A DNA stretch of 64,000 nt from Callorhinchus milii (GCF_018977255.1 NW_024704742.1:3040001-3104000); one strand, 5' to 3'. Positions 12,403-25,499 are shown, numbered from the stretch's first letter. Numbers and translations are program-made. Notes: a model not told the origin generated them from the letters alone.

Positions 12403-14029
12403 TATCTTACAGCGCCTTATCACGTAACCAAAACCTCTCAAGGTATTTGACTCCTAATCCTCTCTTCCATACCCCTCTATTCCCTTCTCGCTCCTGTAAT
12501 ACATTACTGTATTATGTAGCAGGTTCATTCTGATAGAAGCTGATGATTCTTTGCAGCGCAGAGGTTAAGGGCACTGCAGGGCAGATTCTTAAACGGGTCT
12601 CAGCATAAATTACAAGCTGGCCACCTGGTAAAATGGCTTTCGGTTACAAACCTTGAGCTATCAATCTCATTAATAATTCCCTTACATTGTTATGTTGCAC
12701 ATCCTCATTCTTGCATTCCGCTCCTTGCTCCATATTCTGCTCTGAACTTCCCTAATGAACAAAGACCCGATGAGGCACTATATCAAATGCAAGTATTACT
12801 TATATTATCACCGATGCCCATGAATCAGGAAGCCGCGTGCAACAGGCAGCACCTGACTTTGTGCTGAGTTAGCTCTCCGGAGCCAGATCTCAGGGGTGCT
12901 ACAATTAGCCTTACTGCCCCCGAGAAACGAGGACGAGGGGAGGGGGGGGTGAGGGAAGCAAACAGGCAACCCCGCTCTCATCATTATCCAGTGAACTCCT
13001 GTCTCCCTTTTCTGGAAAGTAGGAGGATGTGTAAGAGCACAGTTGGGATCAAGCATTTTGTGACATTCATTCTGTGTGAAAGGCGCTGTGTAAGTGCATA
13101 CTGTCGTTGAACAGGACAAGGAGCCCTACAGTTGACTTGGTGGCTACTACTTTCTCTCTTACACATGAAGAGTTGACCCCGGGTGATACCACACAACAGT
13201 ATCTCAGTGCTTTCGGAAGCTGTAGCATATTTTTTTATTATTATTGTTATTATTCATTGCTTGAACTCATGTCTGCTTCAATAATAACACATCAAATCCT
13301 TCCATTTGACATAGGGCCTTATCATTTTGATGAAATAGCTTAAAGTGATTCACTGGATTTTTACTGCAGCCGCTGTGCATTTGCAAGCAAGCACAGACAC
13401 CAATTTTATGCACCGTACTGCGTTCCTTCACATAGAATGAACTCGCCCCTTTTCAGGATGAGATAACAAGGAGAAATTTGACCAACGCATTTTACAAAAA
13501 AAAATAAAAAATTCTGAAGGAAGAAGCTATTGTGTGTTCACGAAGGTGGAATTAGGGAACAGAACACTGAAAATCCACTGGAGTCTACATAGAATTACAT
13601 AGAACGGGACCAGAAACACACCATTTGGCTCAACTAGTCTCCACACAAGCCTCCACCCCTACTAACCCCCTCGTCCATACACCTCTTATTCCCTTCTCCC
13701 TCTTGTATGTATCTAGATTATTGTGTGCAAAATTAGCTGCTGCAGTCACCTGCAAATACACAGTCACTACACTTAACAGTAAAATCCAGTGAAGCACTTT
13801 TATTTCACCGACATGATAAGGCGCCATATGAAATGCAGGAATAACGTTCGTTATGATTGAAGCTATTTTGAGTTCAGATCGTCTTAACCCCTTGAAGCAA
13901 CGAATGGAGAACCAAAATGTTCCAATTTCCAAAACATGGGAATTTCCACATCTGGGTGGCAATGCGGGGAATTCTGAGCTTCATTCAAATACCCATGAAA
14001 TGAGTTTCCGCAAGTGTCAGACCCTAGCT

Positions 14030-14236
14030 GATAAAAAAAATGCATCTAGTTTTACTAGATTTACTCAATTTATGTAGCATTTCAGAGGGCCCAGCAGACA
14101 GAAAGCTGGTTTCCTGAAAGTTTCCTTCAAGAACTGCTGAAAACTGACAGAGTTAAGACTATATTCACCAATTTGCCAAATTCTGCCAAGTGCCACATTG
14201 ATAGAGGAAAACTAGATACAGATACAATTTCTCCCC
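14030..14236. mobile_element. Same MITE family, degraded copy
   Basis: The right end CAATTTCTCCCC and arm CCAATTTGCCAAATTCTG match the family arm in reverse. Left-arm remnant AGATTTACTC...TAGCATTTCAGAG. Confidence 0.6.
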
Positions 14237-14537
14237 ACACCTAATTTTTGCACCATTGGATCAGTGGGTCGACTAACCTCCCTGTGCTTTAATTTCTATG
14301 ATTCTTCACACAAAGCTCCAGCCGACAATGTCTCCTTATATGATGATGGCTTCAGGCGAGCGCACCGATATCTTCGCTGGCATTACCTTTGTGCAATGGT
14401 TTGTCACAAATCTGACACCTGCAGTGTCACAAATGCTACAGATTTGTGTTTGAAAGGCTCAACTGACTGCAGTCGCTCTGTACAGTATAAATGGAGGATT
14501 GTTTTTGGTTGTTGTGTAGGACCGGCGCAGTAATTTT

Positions 14538-14910
14538 AATAATAATAATCCTTGCATTTGATATAGCGCCTTATCACGTCTTCGAGACGTTTCCAAGCAC
14601 TTCGCATGATATATAAAGTGAATTGACTGTATATTTTTGTGGTTGAAACAGGGCAGCCAATTGCACGCAGGAGTGTCCCACAAACAGTTATGAATTGAGT
14701 GACCAAATTATTATTTTTTTGAAGGGCTTATTATCCCCGGAAAAGCGATCTGCCAATCGACTAACAACCGGGTTCCTACTTACTGCAAGGTAAACAAAAG
14801 CGTGTGTGTGGAGTAAGGAAACTTGCCCAACGTTTCGCCCTGCCGGGAATCGAACCTGAGTTCTCTCGCTTGCGAGGCGAGTGCTCTAACCACAAAGCTA
14901 CAGGTCTCCA
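14538..14910 (-). mobile_element. Full-length tRNA-Ala-derived SINE (long form)
   Basis: Reverse complement is colinear with 44723-45103. CGC anticodon loop; (AAT)n at the left end. Confidence 0.93.
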
Positions 14911-15162
14911 CGGTCCTGTATGGCTAATCAAACCAAATGGCCATATGGCTAATCAAGTCAACTGCTGCCACAGGCTATGCACAAGATGCCCTATGGAGGA
15001 TTTTACTCCACTCATTCAGGCTCCTCATAGGGACTTCCTGATCCCACAATGTAGCAAGCAAAAGCTTCCAAATTGTTACCACTCCACACATCTCCACTAT
15101 TCGAGCCTTTTTTTGTTTCCTGCAATTAATATCCCAATGTTCCCAGCAAGACAGAAAGCCTG

Positions 15163-15253
15163 ACTTGCCCAACGTTTCTTCCTGTCTGGGAATCGAGCCC
15201 AGGTCCTCTCGCCTGCGAGGCGAGGGTTTCTAACCACTGAGCGACAGGACTCC
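15163..15253 (-). mobile_element. tRNA-Ala SINE head only
   Basis: GGAGTCCTGTCGCTCAGTGGTTAG...GGCTCGATTCCC...TTGGGCAAG on the minus strand. Confidence 0.88.
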
Positions 15254-15724
15254 AATTGTGGTAATGGCAAATGGCAGAGTGAACCAATTCAGATCTGAAG
15301 GGGAAACCCATCTGCTGTGATCATTTGCTTTCAGTAGCAGGTAACTGTGTCTGCAGTTTCAGTGAAACCGGTGCTGAGTTTGACATTTTCCACTGTCAGG
15401 GCACTGTCTGACTCACAGGGCAGCCCCGTGTAACAAATGCAAATGTGATTATGCGCTGCTAAATAATGCTATTTTAGGGAATAAACTAGAAAAGAAAATA
15501 TCACCTGCAAAGCAGCATTGGCTGAAGATCAAAGCGACTATATTCATTTAATTCACCCCTTCAAGGGACCACTCACGTCTCAGCATGTATTTAAGTAAAG
15601 ACAACAGCTGTTTCTGCTCACCGCACAACCATCACCTTTAAGCACGTTTTTATAAATACTTGGAGTGTTTTGACAAGACCAGGGAATCAGTACACGGGTT
15701 TTATAGTTTTTTTTTATCCTACTC

Positions 15725-16147
15725 AATAATAATCCTTGCAATTGGTATAGCTCCTTTCACGTCAGGAAGACGTCTCAAAATGCTTCACAGAATTTGTATT
15801 CTGTAAACTGTAGTGACTGTATACTTGAGGCCGCAGGAGGCCACTAATTTGTGCACAGCAATGTCCGAAAAACAGCCATGAAACAAAATGACCGTTTTTC
15901 TTTTGAGGGATGGTTGGCCAGGACGCTGGAAGAAACTCCCTTCTCTTTATGAGTAGTGCCTTGGGACCTTTAATATCCAACTGAACGGGCAGACAGATCT
16001 CATGTTTGAACATCTCATCCGAAGGACAGTACATCCGTCAATGCAAAACACCTCCAGCCAATTTAGACTGAGTTCAAAGTCTGACAGGGGCTGGAACGCA
16101 TCGCCTGCTGACTTCAGAGGTGAGAGTGTTACCAACTGACCCAGGCT
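15725..16147 (-). mobile_element. Older Deu-domain SINE
   Basis: Head GGTCAGTTGGTAACACTCTCACCTCTGAAG; core TTCGGATGAGATGTTCAAAC...GGCACTACTC; tail. Confidence 0.83.
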
Positions 16148-16530
16148 AATACAGCCCATGGCGATAAATTGAAGGCAAGCAGCCCTTTTAAAGGACTTCA
16201 TCTGATTTACATACAAATGCAACGCTCACATTTCAATCCAAAAAACAAAATAAACCAAACCATGTTGAAATGCTGCTTTAAGAGAGACAAAACCTGATTT
16301 CCATTTCTTTGTGTAAGCTCCCCGAAACATTTACCCTGCACGAAGGGCGTTATATCAATACAATTTGTTTTTGTAATCATTGAATTGGTCACAGTCCACG
16401 TGCAAGCTTCAGTTTTCCCTCTACAGGCAATTAACAGTGGGTAACCATACAGCATAATGCTCATCCAGATCGAACCGCAACACCCATTCGAACTTTGGCT
16501 CACAGCATTGAGGCCATTTCTACTCCATTC

Positions 16531-16811
16531 GGGAGAATTTCCACCTGGGTCCAGATTTACGGCAATCGTAGCATTTTAAGGCATCCAGGAATTTAGAAAT
16601 TCTTAAACACAACAACAAATTACATTTATATCGGGTTTTTCACGTCAGAAGAACGTCCCAAGCTGCTGAATACAGCTTTAATTTTGAGGCCTGTTTTCCG
16701 TAGTTTCTTCCTATGCACGACAGAAAATCAACTTGGCAAGTAAAGTTTGAATTCAGCAATTAAATGTTACATTAATTGAGTTAATCCAAAACCAAGGTGG
16801 AATTTCTTCCC
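16531..16811. mobile_element. Palindromic MITE (non-autonomous DNA transposon) with an L2 tail inserted at about 16610-16670
   Basis: TIRs GGGAGAATTTCCACCT (16531-16546) and AGGTGGAATTTCTTCCC (16795-16811). The left arm is homologous to 62503-62596. Confidence 0.72.
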
Positions 16812-18282
16812 AATGTCTACAAAGTCTACCTTATTATTAACCCGCCAAGTTTTAACAAAGTTCATCACCTCAACCCCAGAGATCCGATGAGAATGAGAAT
16901 GCTTTCAGATATGGTGTTCATTTTATCCACATTAAAAGGTCGAAAGCCCATACAGTTTCAGCTTCAAGTCTAGGATTGAAGCAACTGAGCTACTGAAGAT
17001 ATATCTCTTTACATTGCTAAAAAAAATAAGCCTAAAGTAGGTTAAATGTGCCCTTTGTTTGGAATTATGATCCCATGTAACGTTGACTGGTGTGATATTG
17101 AAGAAACACAAATGCCTATGATCAATCTGGAATTAAATTCATACCACTGGGATTTTAATGAACCTGTGTCTTCATGTAGGGTAATCTTCTGTATTGTGCT
17201 GATGCCAAACAATGCTACTAGTTTGGCAGGAATGTACCAGTTTTCATCAGTGGTGAGACCACTTGATGAAGGTTATTTTGTGAGGTACCATTGCAAGTAA
17301 CATGGGATAACTAGAGCTTGCATGGAGGGAACATTTTCAAAATTTAATATTGAAAGTTTACTGTTGGACCTTTCAAACTTTCTTCGACAGGCGAACAACA
17401 ATAACTCACATTTACATACAAGGCTTCAGACAGGATCGCATCTCGGAGCACTGCCTTCTATGTATATGTTGAAGTGCATGTTTAATGAGCGAGTCGTTCC
17501 CCAATGTGGGCAAGGCTGACGTTTCATTCTTCTCTAAGTACTGCACTATTGAGCCGATATAACTGGGATAGTAAAAGTGCCCCAGAAATATATTGATGCT
17601 ACTTGCGGTATGGAAGTCTATCGTACTAACAGTGCGGGATGACATTATCTGTTTGGCATTGAAGTCAAAACATTACAGTCTCCGTAAGGATGCTTTTTCT
17701 TTTGCTCCATTGGCTATATTGAGGGCGTGAAGGTGTAAGCCTTTTGTTCTTTCAGACAAGGAGAGGTCTCCTGCGTTTGAACGACTGGGACCAGCTGAGT
17801 ATCCCAGGAACTCAATGATTGAGACGCCTGAGCTTGTGGACGGTGTCAGCTCGCATTTCCTTTTCCAGCAGCAATGCTTTAATATACCTGATCTACTTTT
17901 TTTTAATTCCTTCAATTATGTATGATAGCAGAGCCTCTTTCACCAACTACACCAAAATCCAATTCATGCATATTCCAAACTAGACCACCAAAGTCCAATT
18001 GAATGAAGGCCCGTCTATGTTTTTCAGCTTGAATCAAACAAGTCTTAAATCATCTTAATAATTTAATGTGAGAGTAATTCCGTGTTTAAAAGGATCATCA
18101 TCTCTTCACTGCAGTCTTCTTCAGTAATACGTTAATTTTATTTGGCTGCATTTTGTTCCGGACATGTTACACGCCCAGTGCAGCAGGTGTTACTCGACTG
18201 GCCTTGTGTAATTTCTTCAATTATCTTTTTCATCTCAAGCTCTGAAAGCAGATTACACAGGCAGCCTGCTCTTGTCCCACAA

Positions 18283-18314
18283 TCACTCATTCACTCACTC
18301 ACTCACTCACTCAC
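18283..18314 (+). repeat. (CACT)n microsatellite
   Basis: Direct reading: TCACTCATTCACTCACTCACTCACTCACTCAC. Confidence 0.9.
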
Positions 18315-20179
18315 TTGACTGTCAGCTTTTAAATCCTGCAGGCTGTATCTCTAGGGAGGTGCTGCGATAAAGCCTCGCTATACGTGTGCTCTAAAGTCAA
18401 TGACAGATTGAAACATTTCACTCCCCATTTCCAAAAAGGAGAGCTCTTTATTGCAGTTTATTGTAGAAAGTGTTTCCCTCCCCCCCCCCCCCCCCCAGCT
18501 CAGCTGTCCCATTGACATCGCTGCCACGGACTGTCGAGCTTGCCAAGTTACACAGTTATGGTTAATGGCTGACGGGGCCTTTTTTGATCTAAAAAGAAAC
18601 CCTTGGTGTCTGCGCATCCCAAATGAGGAGCGATGTCTCTCCACTGCTCAAGAAGTGGAGCATATTGATTGGAAGATACGAGGGGAATCAATTCTTGATT
18701 CTTATCAATACTTTGGGGTTGTAGTGGGCACTAACTTTGGCTTGGACTCTGTACTGCGTGACTGCGCTGAGAAGTGTTGGTGGGTACGTTGGTCTTTCCT
18801 CAAAGGATGGTAAGGTGGTGGCAGATAATCTTTCCTTAATTAATTCGAAGCAGCACATTTTATGATTCTCTGCTACTGCAGTTTATACATCTCACCAGAA
18901 TCGCACACATGTGCAAAACACTGGACCTCAAAATGCCAGTACGGTGGGTAGTGTGGAAGGATTGGAAGAATCAATTGGACCAAAGGGCCTTCTTCATCCA
19001 AAGCGAACTTGTGACTTCTCATAACTAAGACAAACTTATTTATTTACGTTCCATTGTGAATAATGATTTGCAGCTCAACAATGCCAATGATTGGTATGAT
19101 TCAGAATTAATTAGACATGAACATATGTGGAAAAACACTGTCATCAGTGAGAGTTTCCTCAGAGATTAATTTAAACCAAGTCTTTATATTACATTGTGAA
19201 TAGTGCACGTGGAAGACAGCATTGATCAATAACACACAGACGATTTTGCTTTTAAATTCACTTGTCAGTAAGAATAACAGTTCTCTAAATGACCATCAGT
19301 AGTATTGTACATGTGACATAGCCCTGTAATTGGAAAGACATTTGGGTGAGCAAATCCATCCGAAATAGTAACTCACTGAGCTCACATTGAAAGGATAAAT
19401 TGGTTTTGTTCATTGATTCAGGCAGAAAGCTTTGTGCGCTCCATCAGTCTGACTGGTGTAAGTCCATCTCTTTATACACTCCAAAACTCTGGTATGAAAT
19501 ATGTTGACGTAGAACTTTTCCGTTGGTTGGCCACTGACTTGTGGTGGCTCAGCGATGTTATGGATACAAAAGATTAAGAGAGCGATCCATCAAGCAGATC
19601 GGACTGATTTGCACTGCGTGTGAGAAACTACATGACGTGACGTAAAATATGTGGTATTGACTGAAACGGCACAATGGGCATCAGTTGAAGGAAGTCGTTA
19701 CCCATGGACGAATGTGGCTTTTACACTGCACCTCTGGCAACTCGAAATGAGACAGGCACCAAACCCGAGGCTTTGCCCAATACTGAGCCTCTGCCACTCT
19801 AACACTGACCTGTCGCTGAGCATTCTGGAGGTAGAGTAGAGTTGACTTCACAGTGGTTCTCCTGACTTCTGCAATACGCCTACAGCAAATGACATTGTGC
19901 GCTTCAAGTATCTCAACAGTATCACTTGCACAAAATTATAGATATGATGGATTGTGATTTCCAGTACCCAGATAATGGGGGCAGAAACCTGGAAATGTAT
20001 CTGAGCATCAAGCAACTTTGCGCCTTGCCCATTATTTGGTACCATTGGTAAGAATGTCTGAATCACAGATTAAAAAGACCGTTGTTTCTTGGTGTTAGGT
20101 ACAGAAGACAATAACGAGCCTATAATGTTCCAGTCTATTCTTTCCAAATCCTAGGATGAAAACTACCTGGTTTTGTTAT

Positions 20180-20430
20180 TATTAATAATAATTCTTGCAT
20201 TTGATACAGTGCCTTTATGTTGGGAGGATGTCTCAAGTCCTTTTTACAGGACATACTGAAAAGTATAGTGACTGTGTATTTGGTAGGTGAACATGGCAGC
20301 CAAATTTGCGCACAGGAATGTCTTTTAAATCAATTTTATTTGGGGGTTGTTGGCAGGACACCCAGAGAAACTCCCTTTTTCTTTTGAATAGTGCCATAGG
20401 ATCTTTAACAACCACCCGAAGAGGCAGTCA
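20180..20430 (-). mobile_element. Deu-domain SINE, 3' half
   Basis: AAAGATCCTATGGCACTATTCAAAAG...GTGCGCAAATTTGGCTGCC on the minus strand. Confidence 0.8.
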
Positions 20431-21264
20431 GGTCCATTATATCAGATTCAAAGATTATTATTATATCAAATGGGCCAAACAGCCTTATTTACTATAACTT
20501 CTCCTGATCTTCGTAACCGCAGTAGGAAACCCACCCAAACACATGAAATGCTGGAACTGATAACGATTGTTGAATTTAATTTAGCGCCTTATCCTCGTAG
20601 CAAAGCGTTTCACTAAATTTTACTGTCAGGATAGTGACTGTGCATTTGTAGGCAAGCACATCAGCCAATTTGCACACAACAATATCCCACAAACAGCCAT
20701 GAAGTAAATGATCATTTTTGGGGGGTTCGGCCAGGACACACGCACGTGACATTGGGGCTGCTGTGAGCTGAAACTAGAGACAGTCCTTATTGTCAAGTCC
20801 TGCAGGGCAGGTCTAGTTGATCCATTGCCAGTAATTGTAATGACTGCACTGCTGCAGGTCTGCGCAATGAAACTGCCCTGTGTTACTGATCAGCTCAGGG
20901 TAATGTGTAAATATAGGTAGAAGCGAAACATTCTTGTTAAATGTGGTCATTTGTTTCATCGCCTATCAATAGTCCAAAATGCTTGAATAACTACCTTTGT
21001 AATTAACTTGAGGTGATCTATTGCATTTCAGTGAGAAAGCTAATGTGTTTAAAGAGAACACTTAATCTCCAACCTTTTTTTCCTGATCGAAAGACTGTAA
21101 CTTAGCAACTTGGGCAACTGTTTGCTTTCAGTCCATTCAACATGGTTGGTTTGTGCATCAATCATTCTGGTGGGGATCAATGTATATGGAAAACAGATGA
21201 AAGGCCAGAAATCTGGCCCGTACAGCGGATTACTTGTTGCCTTGAGGAAACATAAATGAAGTCA

Positions 21265-21540
21265 ATAACAACACCTTGAATTTATATAGTGCCCTTCGCA
21301 CGGAGTCTGATCCTGAGACAGAGGAAGGCAGGAGGTAACCACAGGCACAGCCAAAGAGGAAGGAGTTCAGGCATGATCATGGGGGGAAGAAAGGGGCAAG
21401 GCAGAGGGATTGAGGAAAAGATTTCCAAAGCTTCAGGGTATAGTGGCTGAAAGAATGGCCATGGATGGTGGAGCGGAGGAGACGAGGGATAAGCAGGAGG
21501 CTGGAGCTAGCCAAGCAGAGGCAGCAGGTGGTGGAGTGGG
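21265..21540 (-). mobile_element. Older L2 3' fragment
   Basis: Translation STIHGHSFSHYTLKLWKSFPQSLCLAP, with its own tail at about 21265-21300. Confidence 0.78.
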
Positions 21541-21604
21541 GAGTAATAATAATGATAATAATAATCCTTGCATTTGATATAGCGCTTTTCACCAAACGAA
21601 TAAC

Positions 21605-21872
21605 AATCAGCCTCTCTGCCCCCAACCTCTGGAACTCCATCCCACATTCCCTTCACCTCGCTCCCTCTCTCGCCTCCTGCAAGGCCCGTCTCAAGACCCT
21701 CCTCCTCGACTGTACCTTCGGCCACCCTCCTACCCTCTTTGCCCTCCATCCTCCCTGATCCCACCCCCACCCCCCGCCCCCCCGAGCTCAGGTACTAATC
21801 CCTGACTGTTCAGCACTTTGGGATGTCCTCCCGATGTGAAAGGCTCTTTATAAATATAATTTTGTATTGTAC
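21605..21872 (+). mobile_element. L2 3' fragment
   Basis: SLSAPNLWNSIPHSLHLAPSLASCKARLKTLLLD, followed by the tail hairpin. Confidence 0.9.
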
Positions 21873-24800
21873 GGTATTACGCTACTACCTAAACCCATTT
21901 TGCTACCAAATACGCTTCAAAAATCATACCTCTCTTCAAATTCCCTCAATGATCACTTGATTCCTGCCACTTTCTTTCCAACCTTTGAATAGACTATTCA
22001 GGCCAATTCTTGGTCGAGTAGATGGTCCAAAAGCAAAACTCAAGCTACGCGTGCAACTTAGAATTTGCAAAAGCCACATTTTCCACCCCAGTGTCTGAAA
22101 GGTTTTGAAATTTCTTTTAAACATCATGCTTTTGTGATAGTTACAATGCCAAATAGCCGAAGGGTCACATATTATCACGGAAATCAATTCCAGGGGATCA
22201 GCAATTATCTAGAATTAACCTCCTGATCCACACATTGGATTCATTACAAAAATGTTTTATGTAGAATTTTGACTTTCGCTTGGTTTGGAGCTGCAGTTCA
22301 TACATCAGTCTGAATCATAGGTACTTATTTTCTATCAAAGCAGTGTACACATTGTTGGTTCCTTCACTGAAGATAATCTGAGATGATTATAATAGTATGA
22401 TGATCCTTGCATTTGATATAGTAGCTTATCACATCATTCAGTTGGCTCAAAGCCCTGCACAAGATTTTACAATAAATTGTAGTGGCTCTGGGTGAAGGCA
22501 ACAGCGAATTTGTTCGCAGCAATGTCCCACAAACCGCCATGAAGTGAACAAGATCCCAAACAATGTGTGAAGAGGGAGAGAAAGATAATAATTGTTGATT
22601 ATTCACTAACTATTTACAGAGAGTTTGAAGTCATCAAAAGACTAACCAAATATTGCAATGCAAGGGCATCCGACATAGTCAAAATAAGTTCTATGATGCT
22701 ACCCGACACGAGGGGCGCTATATACATAAAAGTTGGTATTGATAGGAACCCGTCTCATGTCTCATCTGAAGGCCAGAGCCTCCAACAATGCAGCACTCCC
22801 AGAGAACTATAGTTCAGAAGACTTCACAACCTTCTGATTCAGAGGCGAGAAGCTTTTGTTTGACTCTGTTGGTAGGACTACGACATACACTGACTCAAGG
22901 TAATTTTATCTGTCTCACCTTCATAGCACATGGGAGACCTGTGAATAGTGTTCCAATGTTTTCATTGGGAAGATAACAATGGATATACACTCATAGTTTC
23001 TACGTACAATATAATACAAAGTTACATTGATATAGTGTCGGACTTTCACATCAGGAGGATGTCCCAAGACACCAAAAAGTCCAAGGTTTGCGCCTGAGCA
23101 TTGTGAAGCTGTCGTTGCCCAACCCGTTTGCGGTGGACAAGGCTCTACAACGCGTAACCGAGGTCAGAAGAAATGTCAGACCAACAGTTGTAAATGTTTC
23201 AAAGCAAAGCTAAAATGTAACTCCCGGTGTCATGGAAGTCTCTCACTTGTGTTAACAAATGAACGTTTGACCCATCAGCGAATGAAATGTCACACAAAGT
23301 TTACGGTGAATCGAATATTAATTTCCATAACGTGTTATTTATTTGTTGATAATGCTAACAAGTGTCAAGGCAAGGTTATCAATACGATGAAATGATCACG
23401 TTGTCACAAAATCCCTGACCCCCCCCCCCCCTAACTTTGGTGATTTCATGTTTTCACAGTTTTACTGAAAATTTCAGGAATTGTGAAAAATCACCACTTT
23501 ACCGCAACATATACCCTTGCTGAACTGCGTGAAAGTATGAAGTTTAAGCAGAACTCAACTTATAGCTACCGTCAACAATATATTCATGGAAAGAGTGTGA
23601 AACTGGGATGAGTGTTGATCTCCCCAGTGGAGGTGCTTGTATCAGTAATAGGGTAATCAGCTATTTCTACCCTTCTACAGGGCAATATTTAGATTTTGTG
23701 ATGTGTTAATTAGGGTTGAAATTAACACATATGGTGCTAATTAACACGTGCGTTGAATTGGCGACACTATGATAATTTACACAGACTGGTCCCGAGGTAT
23801 GCTGGAGCCTGCATTGAGAAGTAGGACAAACTGTAGGTTTTACTTCCAGGAGGTGGACCTTGGTATTGAGATGTTGAGTATTAGATCGGTTTTACTCTGA
23901 CATTTTGTTTAGCAAGGTCAGTATCCTAGATATGAAGCGCACCAAGACCGCTGCCTGCACCAATAGCTGCTCCGAGCATAAAAGTGGACTAAATCTATTA
24001 CTAAATATCAGCTAAATAAATAAATCACTAAAATCTGCATACAGATTAGATGGATAGACACAGCAAATCCTTTCAACGCAAAGAACAGTGCCAGTATAGC
24101 TCTCGGCGCCTTTAATGCTTCTCTTTCACCGCAGAACCCCTCTTTCACAACCTCTATCCTTGCACACATACTCACTCTCTCAGATTGAAAATACATATTT
24201 ATTATAGTAGCTGTGTTCATCATTACCTCCTGATTATAATAATAATAATCCTTGCATTTGATACAGCGCCTTAACATTTTCAAGACGTCTCAAAGCCCTG
24301 CAAGGAATGTATCTCAATGCATCTTGTGGGCGTTTAGTGATTAGTGAATATCCATTCCAATCTTCAATCCCAAATTGGTAAAGTCTCAAAAAGGGCATTC
24401 AGCAAAATGGTGGCTTATTCCAGCTGGCGTTCTTTTAAGCTTTATTGGTATTTTATTGGACTTTGCCCAGCGGAGTTTATTGATTTGCTGTTTTGGGAAT
24501 CTTGCAGAAATTCAGTAATCCACGACGCAATTAACACAATGAATGTCGTGCTCTCTCTACCCCTCTGATATACAGGGTACAGTCTAAGCAAAGAAGGTCC
24601 TTCGCAATGTTACAAACAGCAATTAACCTTTGTCACGGCTCATTACCCTTTCCAGGGTAGAACAGTAGAAGTGTGAAAAGTCATCAACAACTATTCCAAA
24701 GGAGCAGCTGATAATATTTCCACAACTTTGAAGAATGTCGCAGACTCAACAGGACAGGCGGGTCATGCATCTAACAGAGACGTTGCTTAGCAGTTAGTCA

Positions 24801-25115
24801 ATCTTATAGGGACTTATAAACACAAAATACACTTAATCGCCTCCCAGTAATCGACTTAGTACACGATTTCCAAACTCAGGTGGATAAACCCGCAACCTGG
24901 TTGCTTTTCAAAATGAAGCAGCTATCATTTCCAGGAGACAAACAGAAATGCACGGAACTGGACCTATAGGTACTGGAATTTGATGCTGGTGCCAAGCTCC
25001 TTCTCAGTTCAGTGTTAAAGCCATTCTGTGGGTTTGCACTGATCTCACTGATACCTCTCGCTGCTAAGACATCAATCAAATTCTCAGTTTTCTCAGAGAC
25101 ATAGTCACCGAGTCT

Positions 25116-25460
25116 TAATAATAAGAATAATAATCCTTGCATTTGATATAGTGCCTTATCATGTCTTCTGGCTGTCTCAAAGCGCTTCACAGAATATAGT
25201 GTAAAGTGAATTGACTGCATATTTATGAGTGAAGAGATGATTGTTTAAGATATTAGATATGTTCAGAATTTTCACAAATTCTTAAATACATTCAATCCAC
25301 GACTGCTTGTGGGACGCTGCTGTGCGCAATTGGCTGCCGCACTTTTCCCACAAAGTATACAGTCAATTTACTTTACGGTATATTCTGCAAAGCGCTTTGA
25401 GACGTCTCGAGGACTTGATAAGGCCCTATATCAAAGACAAGCATTATTATTCTTATTATT
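25116..25460. mobile_element. Two oppositely oriented 5'-truncated SINE tails (25116-25235 minus, 25290-25460 plus)
   Basis: Each carries the CAGTCAATTCACTTTAC...AGCGCTTTGAGAC tail and an ATT-type end. Confidence 0.85.
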
Positions 25461-25499
25461 AATTTGAAACCAGTTTTCTAAAAGTATTTGGGATAGGAC

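Noticed and set aside
18138..18241. Minus-strand terminal exon candidate ELEMKKIIEEITQGQSSNTCCTGRVTCPEQNAAK*
   Set aside because: It has an acceptor-like site but no recognisable protein and no linked upstream exons. Similar unsupported candidates lie near 3098-3148, 4993-5190, 17756-17850, 43470-43540 and 59468-59590.
21265..21872. Twin-primed (5'-inverted) single L2 insertion
   Set aside because: Both pieces have their own 3' tails and cover the same region of L2, so they are independent insertions.
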